Below the pieces are notes generated by a model. The model was not told the DNA's origin and did not search any database. It saw only the letters and a program-made list of their open reading frames with translations. The position numbers and the translations under genes are program-made. A DNA stretch of 64,000 nt from a virus (lineage: Duplodnaviria > Heunggongvirae > Uroviricota > Caudoviricetes): the IMG/VR virus record IMGVR_UViG_3300027708_003081; one strand, written 5' to 3'. How positions within the stretch are numbered: position 1 is the stretch's first letter; each line of letters starts with the position of its first letter. Below are positions 63,803-64,000 of this stretch, in pieces.

Positions 63803-64000
63803 ATGACTTTTGGACAAATTAAAACATACGTAGATAATCAATTACTTGAATCTTATTCAGATAAGAAAAGTTTCAAAAAATCTTTACTTGGATTTAAAGA
63901 AGATGTTTTGGAAAATAAAAGTATCGCAAAGTTGTATTCTCTGTATGAGGAGTTATCTACACCTCAAGGATTATCAGAACGTGATGCGGTTGAATTTGTA
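63803..64000 (+). CDS. Hypothetical head-module protein, partial (MTFGQIKTYVDNQLLESY...)
   Basis: ATG 63803 after TATTTATT; open to the window end. Confidence 0.7.
   Translation, partial: MTFGQIKTYVDNQLLESYSDKKSFKKSLLGFKEDVLENKSIAKLYSLYEELSTPQGLSERDAVEFV

Noticed and set aside
1-64000. Stop-codon reassignment as seen in some jumbo phages
   Set aside because: Conserved genes (terminase, portal, clpC, clpP) are uninterrupted in the standard code, and TAG and TGA both terminate genes.

Overview
This window is 64 kb of an AT-rich, T4-like (myovirus-type) large or jumbo phage genome using the standard genetic code. The host is most likely a Bacteroidota species, because many genes are preceded by the Bacteroidota housekeeping promoter TTTG-N19/20-TAnnTTTG. 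Recognisable genes: large terminase and gp20-like portal at the right end; a protein quality-control set (tmRNA with a 21-aa tag, ClpP, an N-domain-less ClpC, Hsp20, M28-type peptidase); tRNA-Trp and tRNA-Glu; RNA end-processing enzymes; three cell-wall hydrolases and holin-like proteins; two free-standing homing endonucleases; and many small hypothetical genes. A probable replication origin with two DnaA-box clusters and tandem repeats lies at about 3.8-6.4 kb. The most striking unexplained pattern is that about 30 otherwise unrelated proteins share a few short N-terminal leader peptides (MKKIIRLTESDL..IKE, MKYIITExQ, MGKFIITEEEK, MNLQExIxR). Their cargo domains include ADP-ribosyltransferase, GNAT, esterase, lysozyme, peptidase, annexin-like and nuclease-like folds, and they are generally preceded by a TATTTAT(A) late-type promoter. 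This suggests a modular capsid-targeting and protease-release system for virion cargo. Several unannotated structured RNAs are also present: a 140-nt tRNA-like RNA, a 135-nt multibranch RNA, a tRNA mimic without a normal anticodon loop, and two small transcription units 13.7 kb apart that are mutually complementary. All family assignments come from motif recognition by eye; no database searches were run.
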